DNA of 64,000 bases. It comes from Camelus dromedarius (taxonomy: Eukaryota). The stretch spans positions 103,232,001 through 103,296,000 of the forward strand of contig NC_087437.1 of assembly GCF_036321535.1 (NCBI RefSeq), in the 5' to 3' direction. Positions 52,311 to 64,000 of the stretch are shown piece after piece. Under the pieces are notes generated by a model. The model worked only from the letters and a program-made list of their open reading frames with translations. It searched no databases and was not told the DNA's origin. How positions within the stretch are numbered: position 1 is the first letter of the stretch; every line of letters begins with the position of its first letter. The translations under genes were made by a program, and so were the position numbers.

Positions 52311-53738
52311 ACAGAGAAGAAGAAGAAATTCCCATACTGTATCTCATACTCACTGTGGGACATTTCTCCCGAGGACAAAAGCAGCCGTAGGTAGTGGCAC
52401 TATGTAAATACTTTCCGTCTCTGTGAGTTTGTTCGCGTATTTTTTCTGACTTCTTACAGCTCATTTTTCCCAATGTCAGTATGTGCATGATGAGACAATC
52501 CCCTAAGATATTTCCGAGCACCGTACCAGAGATCTGAGGTCCAAGAATTGTGAACTTGCATAAGCAAAGTTTGTTTTTTTTTTTTCTCAAAAGAAGCCCG
52601 CAGTTACTATATGCAATGGTAATAGGAAATATTAGTCTTGGTTTGTCACCTTGTTTCTGATTAGAATTGAAAAGAATACTGACTTCTCAGATCTCAGCAC
52701 AGAAAACACACACACACACACACCATTTCTGATTACATTGTCTAAAGCAAATGATGTGGCCCTACCTAATTTCATGTAGAAAAAGGCAATGTTCTAGAAG
52801 GAGAACCAGAAATATTTGGAACCATAATAATGACCATCTCATGGACCTTACATAATTCCAGGCATTCTTTTCTTTCATCTCCCTGACCTTAACTCTCTCT
52901 TCTATGAACAGAGGGGAAGGAAAAAAGGATCAAGTTATGAGTGTCTGGTGTTAACCCAATTCAGCCACAGAAAATCTCCGAGGACTCCACCCTTATTTAC
53001 TAAAGACAAGTGCCACTCCAAAAGATCGCAGCATTGAGTGTTATCTGGGGATTATCTTTTTGCCATGATTACACCTAGGAAAACATCAAAACCAGCGATT
53101 TCTATTCCCTACTTCCCCTTGGAATTACTTGTAGCATCTGTTGAAGATAAATCTTTGGTATCACTTTAGGAGATCAGGACTGAATAGATCTGAGGTGAAT
53201 ATCGTAAATACATGTTTAAAATGGGCGTGTCTTCTGATGGGATTATGATGTTGCCACATGGAGACTAGAATGTGTTTCCAAAGGAGAAGTTGAGGCCCTA
53301 AAGCTTCCCTGAATTCCAAAAGACTGTTTCGAAAGTAGCCTTGAGTCAAGGAATTAGTATTTCTAACTAGTACCTCAAGTGATTCTGGTGACCTAAAAGG
53401 CTTGATAAATGGTAACTCAACCCATTATTACAGAAGAAGAAATCAGCATCTAAAGAGGGTTAGTCCCTTGTCTCTGGGGCTCGATAGTTAGGTAGGTAGA
53501 GTGTTGGCATAGAACTGAAGGATGGTAGCGGACGTTCACATTTTTTAAATGTAGAGATAGTTTAGTTGGCCTCATTTAAAATGAGAAGATTGAGTTACCA
53601 AAAAAATGAAGTGGATTTCCCTTGGGGCAAAGAGTTTGTAACTCCACGTTCCCATCACATCTCTTTGCCACAGGACATTTATGACTAATTATGACATTGG
53701 TGTTTCTTTCCTTCCTGTCTTGATTTCTCCTTTTCTTC

Positions 53739-54129
53739 TGTAAAAATTAATAAATAGAAACCTCAACTAAAATAGAGTCTAGAATCTAGAAGAGGGAGCT
53801 CTCTTGCCCTAAGACAATAGCAGAGCCCAACAGGAAGAAGCAAGACTTCTCCTCTTTCCCGGCAAGAGCTCAGCCAAAGAGACGGTTCCACATCAGCCCA
53901 TGAAAAGCCGCTATAGTCTGAACTCTGAATTCTTCCAAGTGCTCTTTGTTTACTATGCCCTCTCAACTTCCTTTTTTCCCTCTTTAAAAGAGTTCTCTTC
54001 TTCATTTTATGGAAGACTTGGCACGTGCTTTCCATGGTTGCAGACCCTGAGTTGCAATTCTTCTCTGATCCCATGTAAACCCATTTTTGCTAGACAAATA
54101 ATTGGCAATCTGTTTATTAAAGGTCAATC
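53739..54129 (+). mobile_element. ERV1-type solo LTR
   Basis: TGTAAAAATTAAT...GGTCAATC flanked by 4-bp TSD CTTC/CTTC (3' CA apparently mutated). Confidence 0.75.
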
Positions 54130-57119
54130 CTTCATTCTTTCCTCCCTTCCTTCCTTATTTCCTTCTAAGAGTCTTCTATACTGTAAAACTGCTCTCAGTC
54201 ATTTGCTTGTTAGGTAGAAAAAGGAAAGGTTTGAGTCCTATAAATGTGAATTGCATCTGTCCGGAGTGGCAGAGAAGGTTCATAGGACACTTTCTGCTCC
54301 TCATGGCCAGAGCCAGTATTGGGCTCAACCTGCTGTCTGTCAACTCCCTTTGTCTTTGCAGCTGGCCCCCGAGTCTCAGTGTTATATCCTTTCCCCTTGA
54401 AACTTGCTGCTGTTAATTCTCAGTGTTCTTTTAGACCCAAGACTTCCAGCTGCTGTTTGCTGTGATTAAAGGAAGGAAGTCTCCAGACTGATTTTGTTGA
54501 GACTGTTTCTGTTAATCATTATGTAAAAGTAGGAAATAAAAACATAATTGACACGAAATTTAAAAAGTAAGAAATTTGATAAAGTTGTTAAAGTTATCTT
54601 TCTGGTCCAGACCCTATATGGTCTATTGCTAATCTATATCCTAAAGAAGTAAGATGGACTCTCTTTAAGATTTAGTGCCAAACTGTAATTTACAAAGAAG
54701 GAGCTCTCAGGCACCACCACATCCCAGTTTCTCCAGCAAGACCAGCAGGCACCATATGCTTGACAAAATGTATCATCTCTTTTATCTCTGTGTTTTTGAG
54801 AAGATGTGTATTTTAGGTCACATTTGCCTCAAGTGAGTCACTTCTGTCACATCCTGACACTACCCATTGTCATACAAGATAGTAGCAAAATTTCTAGAAT
54901 GCCAAATTCCAGTGCATTGTTCAGTTTTTACACTTTAGAACACATGAAAACACTACAGTGAATACTAATATATCTTTCCAAAAACTAAATTACAGAAAAG
55001 AAAAAGATATTTAAAAAGTTAATAAACTTCTTTAGTTACATCTCAAATTCTCTTTATTTACTATCTCTCAATTTTAGCTTCTTTAGAACAAGAAAAAATA
55101 AGTGAATCGAAATTTCCAGGTCACTGAGTTCTTTCTGAAGGATCAGAGCTGTGCTGTTTGTAAACTTAAAACACATTCCCTGAGCTCCTCTGCCTTTGTT
55201 TCTGCAGTTCACTAGCAAACACATATTTTTCCAGAATTTTAGTAGACTCAGGCTTGGGAAATGGACTTCAGTTAAGGAAAAAGGAAGTTACTGAAGGGAG
55301 GAAAAAGTGAATACTCATTCACATATCCCTCGGTCTACTACAATTCATACCAGAAAGTAGCCCCTTTAATTGTATATACAGTATTTGACAATGATTAATA
55401 TGGATATTCTTTTTCTTTAATTTATAAACATTTTAGTTGGTGTTTCTAATAGAAATTGACTCAGACACATAATATCTACAGTACAATAACTTTGAGCAAA
55501 CCTAAAAAAATTGTAATAAAACTTTAATATCATATCTGACAATTATTAAAGATTTCCTCATACCAATTTTTGCTGTTTCAAGTGGAAAAGAAAATAAGAA
55601 GGGCAATTAAGAGGAAAAGGATTACTCTTGATTTTCCTCTAAAAAGATGGTGAAAACAAAAATTGATGGTCATGTTTCACTGTAATTAACCAAACAGCAG
55701 AAACCATTACTTATAGTTGTCCCTAAGGCTACACTGTAGCTTAAACCCATTTTCTTAAGATTTTCTTTATACAGTTGTTCTTAATCATTTTGCCATTATT
55801 GTGGAAATGACTAATCCATGTGTCCTAAGTGGAAAAAGTATCAGCACATTTACTTAACTAACATTTTTAATCTTACCTACTGTTCCAAATCAGAGAACTG
55901 AACACCTGATGCCTTTTCTGAATTCATATTAAAATTTTACACAAAAAACTATCAGAGGTGCCAATCTAATTGCTGAAAATTAGTGAGTTTTCTTTCCTGT
56001 TTTTGTCATAGATATGTTTTATCTATGAAATATAAACATATTAAGAAGTAAAGAGTATTTTTACTTACATAGTTCTTAACATCTTTATGTTTTGGCCCAA
56101 ACCTGGCTAGCTGCTCTCTACTAAAGCAAAACTCCTCTGAATGACTGACAACTTCTGTAGACATAGCTGTAGTGTATTTTGCTGGTATAATTGATTGCTT
56201 AATTCTCATTTTATTCCTATTACAATTATAAATATATTTGGAGAAAGGTAATTTTCATACAGATAAAATTGTTATGCAATCTTGCCTTGATTTAATCAGC
56301 ATTTGTTTTATTTTGAAACAACCATAATGCATTTATTCCACCCAGTAAATATGCAGCATTAGGCAGAAGCACTTTGTGCTATAGAGCTTCCAGTGCCCTC
56401 TAACATTAATTCAATTAAGAGTCACCAAAGTACTCCCAAAGTGAAGAATCCTAGTTCCCACCATTAGGATTCCCTTCTACAGTAGGTTGGAGAAGAGGCT
56501 GGGTGTCTCTATTTTTAACAAATCCCCCTAAACTGATAGTTTTGGGAATTTTGTTTAGCGAAAGACAGATTCCAAAACCCAGTGAATTGAAATTAGACTT
56601 TATTTTTAAAACCTGAAGAAGTAACTCTTCCATCATTTGAAACCAATGGCAGATTTTCCCACACTAAATAACTTTGTTACGTACAGTTTCTGAATAATTC
56701 TAATTGAAAGTGTTTATTACTTTGCACTTCCAAATACAAATATTGAATTTCATAGACCTGTGAAAAAATTGCAAATTGTTGAGTAGTGCTTAAGTAAATA
56801 AAATAGTGAAATGCATTTAAAATAGAAGGGAAAAAATGGGACATTTAAAACACAGGAATCTTTTCATATGTTCAATGACTGTGTTCCTACATCAAATTTG
56901 TGTATAATATACAAAGTTGACTTTCAGAATGCAATCAATACTTGTTCCCCACTTGGAAGAATTTCAATAAAAAATAAATTTCCAGTGTGTAAACTTGGGA
57001 GTAATCTTTACAATGATCATATTAAGAAGCATTTATATAGATGGGAAAAATGTCATTATGTCTTTATTTCCAACAATAGGGACTGGTTGTAATGAAATAG
57101 GGTAGTTTATTCTTCAGGT

Positions 57120-57626
57120 TTTATTTGTGTTCTAATTTTCAGTGTTCATATGCCTATAACAAGTGGCCACCTAAGCCATCATGATCTCCTCTACACTCAA
57201 AGAGATATAAGGATGGATGGGAGGGAACACAAAAGCAGAAATTTAGTATTTAAAAAATATATCAGATCCAGTTACTTGCTCCTACTCTTGTCTCCTTCCA
57301 ACACTCACTTCCTCTATCCCCCTAGCTTATCTGTAAATCTTTGCTCTTTTGCACCTCTGCATCACCATGAAAAAGCTAACCTGTTGGAGGAGGCTAACCT
57401 GATGGTTCCTGGAAGAAGATGAAGAACCCGGGAACTGGATTGTCTCATTCACTGCAAGTGGAATCTGGGCCTTGTCATTCTACTCACAGAGCTGCAGTGA
57501 GAAGCAGAGACCAAGACAATCTTACTGAGTGCGCAATCAACTTGCAGATATGTGAGTGATGGTAAGTGATGGCTGCTTTGCTCCCCTGAGTTCCGTGTAA
57601 GTTACACAGCAATAGCTAACACATAC
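57120..57626 (+). mobile_element. MLT1H-like LTR
   Basis: cctctgcatcaccatgaaaa...tgcagatatgtgagtga...ttacacagcaatagctaacacataca. Confidence 0.65.
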
Positions 57627-57814
57627 AAGAGTAGGGATACAGCCATCTCAAGCAAGTTGATGCAGGACAGGATTCCACTGGAAAACACAGAGAAAGTGTA
57701 ATCAGAAAAAAAGTAAAAGATACAAGGGATGGAAGAGATGGAGTTTTGACTAAAGCACTTACAGAGCTAAAAAGAGAATAACTATAGAGTTCCATAATAT
57801 TTTAAAACATTCTT

Positions 57815-58015
57815 ATCCTTTTGTTGAAGTGTAGCCAATTTACAGTGTTAGTTTCATGTGTACAGCAAAGCAATTCAGTTATACATACATGTACGTATAT
57901 ATGTATATATATTTTCAGATCTTTCACTGTTACAGCTCATTACAAGAAACTGAATATATTTCCCTGTGCTATACATTAGGTCCCTGTCGTTTATCTATTC
58001 TACATACAGTAATGT
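57815..58015 (-). mobile_element. Short L1 3'-end insertion (artiodactyl type)
   Basis: ttgaagtgtagccaatttacagtgttagtttcatgtgtacagcaaagcaattcagttata...tccctgtgctataca. Confidence 0.85.
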
Positions 58016-58024
58016 GTTCCATAA

Positions 58025-58290
58025 ACTTTGATCCAAACTCTTGGTACCAGATGTGTATGGATTTTTCAGACTTTAGGAAGTTCTCAGAATGCATACATAG
58101 TATATTTGGTAGTTCTAGCAAGGTCTAGGATAATATATTATTTTGAAATAAAACAAATAATTATTCACATTAGGAATAATAAATTAAGACTATAAAATTT
58201 AGGTCAGATTTGGCTTTTGAATGAGTTAAAAAATATTTTAGTGCTTAGAGCTTTCTGAATTTTCAGAAATACTGGTGAAGGCCCTATAAT
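58025..58290. mobile_element. MER46C-like TcMar-Tigger fossil
   Basis: atccaaactcttggtaccagatgtg...ttttcagactttaggaag...agagctttctgaattttcagaa. Confidence 0.55.
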
Positions 58291-59394
58291 GTCAACAGTG
58301 CAGAATCATAAGAGTATAAAAAATTAGAAGAAGCATTGAATTTAATGTTAAGGCTGACACCTTGTTGAACTAGCAAAGGCAAGAAAGCAAAACTCAGAAA
58401 TAATTATGTTTATTGAGAATGTCAAGCTTCGAAAAAATATTTGATAGGACACCATCCCTCTCCTTCTGTAAGTAATTGTCCTGGAAACGTATCCTCCACT
58501 CTAATTTGTACTTCTGGTATTACTATTTTAAAAAATTATGTGGAAAAATAATTTAATACCTTCTCTCTGCACATAACAAAAGAGGTCCTTAGAACTGAAG
58601 CAGGGGGTAAAGTGGATTTAGGGAGGACAGTGTGAAAGGCAGGCCTGAGTAATTCCACTCCAAACTCAATTGTATGGCCATAGTCCCCGAGTGGCTTTTC
58701 AACACGTGTTTTAAAGTAGTCTCTAGTTCATGAAAGACACAAAAGTGTCATTATCTCCAGAAAGGAAACTAGAACGGACAGAAAACAGAATTTTGTGGCA
58801 ACTACAGGTTCAAATAAAGACTCTTATTCCAGCCCAATTCAAATAGATCTGATAATTTAACAGCATATTATAGGCTTAGTTCACATCTTCACTGGTGATT
58901 TGTACACCAAAAAGAGTGGTTCAAAACCAGTTACTTGGCCCATATTTCATGATCTCTAAAATCATATTTTTAAAATCTTATATACTTAATTTCCCTCTTG
59001 TTATAAAATACATTATCATTTATATTATTATCAATGTCATTAGTAATTTAAAAATCCTATAAAATTGTTTTGAAATGGAATTAAATGGCATAGCATATAA
59101 TCTTATTAATGTTCAGGTACTATAAGTGGTAACTATTTTGCAGTAAATATAAAATACATGAAAATCATGTTTCATCATACTGTAATTTATTTATTGGTTT
59201 AATTATAACATTTGTTACCTAGAAAAATGAATAAATAATATATTTTTAACCACCTACTTATATTGGACAATTGAAAATGTTTTCTTTATTATTTAAATAA
59301 GCTGTTTGTATGCAAATAAACAGGATTTTCTTAATATTTAGTTCTTCAATATTCTTGTCAATATGGTTAGATTGTCAGACTTTTATGGATTAGT

Positions 59395-62300
59395 GGCGTC
59401 ACCAAGATGGCAACATAGATTGTTCCTGACTTTGCTCCCCTTCACAAGAAGAACAACTAACAACTATTCAAGAACAAGACACCACTAAAAGAATCCGAGA
59501 ATATGAGGTTGAGGCTGAAGCACATCCCTGCATCTCAGGGATCAAGACAGACTGTATTAGCAGTAAGAGAAGTGGCTACATGTTGACCACATCGCCCTTC
59601 CCCCAGGCCAACACAGCATCAGGCAGAGAGACCTGAGCCTCCTTTTCCTCCACTGGGAAAAGAGAACCCAGGAGGGACACCCAGCTTCCCAGCAGAGTGC
59701 ATCACTTTGCGAGAGCCCCTACTCTGATCTTGCATCACTGGAACTGCAGGGAAACCCCTAGGAATCTGACTATGATGAAGAAAGAAGAAAGGGCTTGCAA
59801 AAATCAGCAGAGAGATCTTGACAGATAGAGTTCATACCTGCAGTGCCCAAATCCCAACCGGTGGATTTGTTCATCTGCAGAACCAAGTCAAGAGCACACT
59901 ATCATTATTGAGTCCAAACTCATTCTGCTTGCTGCAGGACAAGTCAATAAATCAGGAGATGAGGTGTTGGGGCAAGGAATAATGACTTTATTCAGAAAAC
60001 CAGCAGACTGAGAAGAAGATGGTGAACTAATATTCTAGAGAACCATCCTACCCAAGGCAGAATCGGGCTTCTTTCATTCTAAAAGGGGAGGCGATGTGGT
60101 TGGTTGTTGCAAACTTCTTAGTTGTCAGAATACTTTGTTCTTGCAGTTGTCCATGAAGATCAGGTCACAATGTTTCTGTAAGCCTCTAACAAGACAAATT
60201 GTTATTCTCTGTTCTGCAACTTTTTATCTTTATATGAACGAAAACATGTTATACCCTTAAAAGTTTGAGCTTTGAGAATGAGCTGTCCTGTATATTATAG
60301 GCTATACACAACAGTCTTTTACAAAAGGTGCAGAATCACCATGACTAAGCATAGGAAACAGAGCATGAGGTTAGAGCTAAAGGAACAGATATAATATAGA
60401 GTCATATTTGTTCTTCCCTGTTATACTAAGACCAGGGAACTTCAAGGGGTGCAGATCTGCCTGATACAGATCCTCACATGGACTTTGCTGGCCGTAAAGC
60501 CTGGTTATCTCATGCCTAGATAAGGAGCTGAATCAGAGCTTTGCTTACTATGGAGAGTGTCTTCCAGCCCCATCTAATCAGAGAAGGGCTGGCAACAACT
60601 CCAGGAAGCTGTGCAACCCAGTGGCACTGGAGCCAAGAGATGGGCACGCAGAGCTGACAGCCCCTGGAGCAAAGCCAGTCCTGGCATGGAGTGTTCCTGT
60701 GCTACACACAGGGAGGAGGTTAATTCATAGCCAGCGCTGAGAGTGGCAGCTGATCTCTCCCAACTGGAAAGATTATTTGGGAAATTGGGAGTATCCTAGA
60801 GAGGTCTGTCCTCCACCCACCCAGGCAAGGGATCTGAGGGCCCCACCTGCTATGGAGACTGTCTTCTGACCCTATCTTACCAGAACAGCTGAGGACAACT
60901 CCTGGAAGATGTGTGGTTTCCAGCACTCAAGCTGAGAGGTGAGCAGACAGGGTTAATTTTCAGAGCAAAGCCAGTGACCCCGTTCAGTCAGGAAATTTAG
61001 GGTGTGGGTCAGCTTGAGTTAAGACAATGAACACATTGCTTTACCAGTTTTAGGGCTGCTTTTCCTACTGTGCCCAGACAGGGAATCCAGTTCATAGCCC
61101 AGCTCATCACTGAGTACGGCTTCCAGCCAGGCCCACCAGGGAACCTATCAAGAGCAGACAGAAAGCTACATATCACAATTAACAATCCTATGGACAGTGG
61201 CACTTGAACAGAGAACATAGTCTGTGGCTTCCCCCATCTGTAGAGCAAAACCTGTGATCTCATCCGAGCAGGGAATTCAGTGCACTCTACCTGAGCTGGG
61301 TCCCCAGACAATGAGATATATAGACCTTAGTTTCCATTCTGCTGCCCTGGCAAAGTAGGGAAGTTAATTCATAGTTTCATCTGCTACTGAATATAGTATC
61401 CAGTCCTGACTGTCTATAACACCGACCAGAGAATCCAGGCAACCACAGAAACCATCCTACAGCCCAACTTGGGTAGGGAATCAAGCTTACAGCCCTATAG
61501 AACTATTCTCAGCCAGTGGCACAACCCCATGCTCAAATTCAGAGCTCAAATAATTACCTCATCCCAAAACAGAACATAATAGCAGGCCCCATCTGCCCAA
61601 GGGCATTACCAGCAGACACACCCAGAAATCCAAACTGAGCTTACTGGTGAAGAACTGTTTCTGCCACAGCAAACCTGTAAAGTCTGGAAATGAAGCCTGA
61701 TTATTCAAATGCACAGATACCAATATAAGGAGTCAAGGATCACAAAAAATAAGGTAAATATGACACCACCAAAGGAAATTAATCAAACTCTACTAACTAA
61801 ATTTGAAGAGACAGGAACACTTTCAAACTCATTTTATGAAGCTAGCATAATCCTAAAACTAAAACCAGGAAAGGAAACTACTGAAAAAGAAAACTACAGG
61901 CCAATCTTCCTGACAAATAAAGATACAAAATTTCTCAATAAAATACAAATTAAATTTAACAGCACATTAAAAGAATATTTATCTATCATGATCAAGTGGG
62001 ATTTATCCCTGAGATGCAAAGATGGTTCCACATATGCAAATCAATCAATGTGATAAGTCACATTAATAGAATGAAAGCAAAAAATCATATGATCATATCA
62101 ATAGATGCAGAAAAATCACTTGACAAAAATTCAACATTTTTCGCAATAAAAACTCTTAACAAATTGGGCATAGAAGGAACTTTTCTCAACATAATAAATA
62201 TCATAAATGATAAGCACACAGCCAACATCAGACTTAGTGTTGAACCACTGAGGAAAAAGACAAGGGTGTCTACTCTCACCACTCCTATTCAACAAGGTCC

Positions 62301-64000
62301 TAGAAGCCCTAGATGGAGTGATTGGGTAGGAAAAAGAAATAAAAGGTATCAGAATTGGAAAGGAAGAAGTAAACTTGTCTCTGTTTACAAAGGACATGAT
62401 TTTAGACCAACCAAAAAAGTGCTAAAGTAACATAAAAAAATCTGTAGTGTTTGGATATATCAACAATGAATTTTCTGACAAAGAAATAAAGAAGCTGATC
62501 CCATTTACAATAACATCAAAACCCATAAAATATTCAGGAATAAATTTAACTAACGAGGTGAAAGATCTCTATTCTAAAAACTATAAGACATTGATGAAAG
62601 AAATCAAAGACCTAAATAAATGAAAAGGTATCAGTTTTCACGGATTAGAAGAACTGATGTTAAAATATCCATATTACCAAAAGTCATCTATAGATTCAAG
62701 GCAGTCTCTATCAGGATTCTAATGGAATTTTTCACAGAAGTAGAAGTCATATCTTCTAAAATATATACAGAACCACAAAAAAATCCCTAATAGCCAATGA
62801 AATCCTGAGAAAGAATAGAGCAGGAGGCATCACACTTCCTGATTTCAAGCTATACTATAAAACTCTAATCATCAAAACAGTATGGTCTAGCATAAAAACA
62901 GACAAATAGACCAATGGACCAGAACTGAGAGCTCAGAAATAAACCCAAGCATATTTTCTCTACTAATATATGACAAGGGAGCCAAGAATACTCAATGGAG
63001 AAAAGACAATCTCATCAATAAATTGTGCTGAGATAATTGACTATTCATATATAAAAGAATGAAACTGGACCCACACTTTACGCCACAAAATTACTCACAA
63101 AAATTAACTCAAAGTGGCTGAAAGACTTACATGTGAGACCTAAAACCATAAAACTCCCAGAAGAAAACTTAGGAATAAAGCTCTTTGACGTAGTTCTTGG
63201 CAATGATTTTTTTGGATTATGCCACCTAAAGCACAAGCAACAAAATAAAAAATAAACAAGTGGGGCCACGTGAAACTAAAAAACTTCTATATGGCACAGA
63301 AACCATCAACAAAGTGAAAAGACAACCTACAGAATGGGAAAAAAAATATTTACAATCCATATATCTAATAAAGGGTTAATATATAAAATATATAAAGAAC
63401 TGATTCAACTCAATAGCAACAAAACCCCAAATAACCCAAGTGAAAAATGAGCAAAGGGCCTAAATAGACATTTCTATGAAGAAAATAAAAGTATGGCCAA
63501 CATGTACATGAAAAGATGCTCAGCATCACTAGTGAAATGCAAATTAAAACCCCAAAGAAGTATCACTTCATGCCTGTTAGAATGGCCATCGTCAAAAAGA
63601 CAAGAGATGATAAATTCTGGCATAGATGTGGAGAAAAGGGAACCCTTGAGCACTGTTGTTGGGACTGTAAATTGGTGCAGCCACCATGGATAACAGTACA
63701 AAGGATCCTTAAAAAAATTAAAAATAGGACTACCACATGATCCAGCAATTCCACTTCTAGGAATTTATTCAAAGGAAGTAGAAACTCAATAACTCAAATA
63801 GTGATAACTCAAAAAGTTTTCTTTACCCCTATGTTCAAAGCAACAGTATGTACAATTGCTAAGACATGGAAACAACCTAACTGTCCATGGATGGATGAAT
63901 GGGTAAAGAAGTTGTATATACATACAATGGATTGTTATGCAGCCATAAAATGAGGAAATCCTACCATTTGCAACAGCATAGATAGACCTTGAAGGCACTA
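59395..64000 (+). mobile_element. Internally deleted L1 (L1MA-late/L1M3-like): long 5' UTR, ORF1 start fused to mid-ORF2, degraded RT and C-terminus; runs off the window
   Basis: 5' caagatggc (YY1-type L1 start motif) at ~59403; ATG at 61709; ORF2 peptides NSFYEASII...[30 protein letters not shown]; multiple frameshifts. Confidence 0.9.
59903..60425 (-). mobile_element. ERV1-type solo LTR nested in the L1 5' UTR
   Basis: gagtccaaactc...gaggtgttggggcaaggaataatgactttattc...ccctgttata; flanks ctat/ctaa; L1 UTR text continues on both sides. Confidence 0.75.

Noticed and set aside
53763..54416. Three ORFs of about 104 aa
   Set aside because: They overlap a solo LTR and pyrimidine-rich flank, with no protein-like features or exon structure.
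61996..63740. L1 ORF2-like ORFs as an active reverse transcriptase
   Set aside because: Fragmented by frameshifts and stops, FADD changed to FTKD, endonuclease absent.

Overview
AT-rich mammalian genomic DNA, most likely camelid, judged from a tRNA-derived SINE resembling the camelid vic-1 type and the absence of recognisable Alu, B1 or Bov-A/Bov-B elements. The window opens in the last intron of NCAM2 (+ strand). It contains the terminal coding exon (203-314, ...[36 protein letters not shown]) and a probable ~5.3 kb 3' UTR with no obvious transposons, ending near an AATAAA at 5635. The remaining ~58 kb is gene desert filled with decayed transposons: L1, L2, MIR, MaLR/ERVL/ERV1 LTRs and MER-type DNA transposons. 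None of the supplied ORFs looks like an intact host gene; they are chance frames or L1 remnants. I see no novel multi-gene system. The best leads are: (1) a GC/CpG-rich ~620 bp insertion at 49574-50194 with an A-tail and a candidate TSD that looks like a retrocopy of an unidentified cellular transcript; (2) an L1 with a long 5' UTR whose ORF1 start is fused in frame to mid-ORF2; (3) several informative insertion structures (5'-inverted L1s, a nested full-length MaLR, a chimeric L1). Repeat family names are from recalled consensus sequences, not a database search, and most repeat boundaries are approximate.
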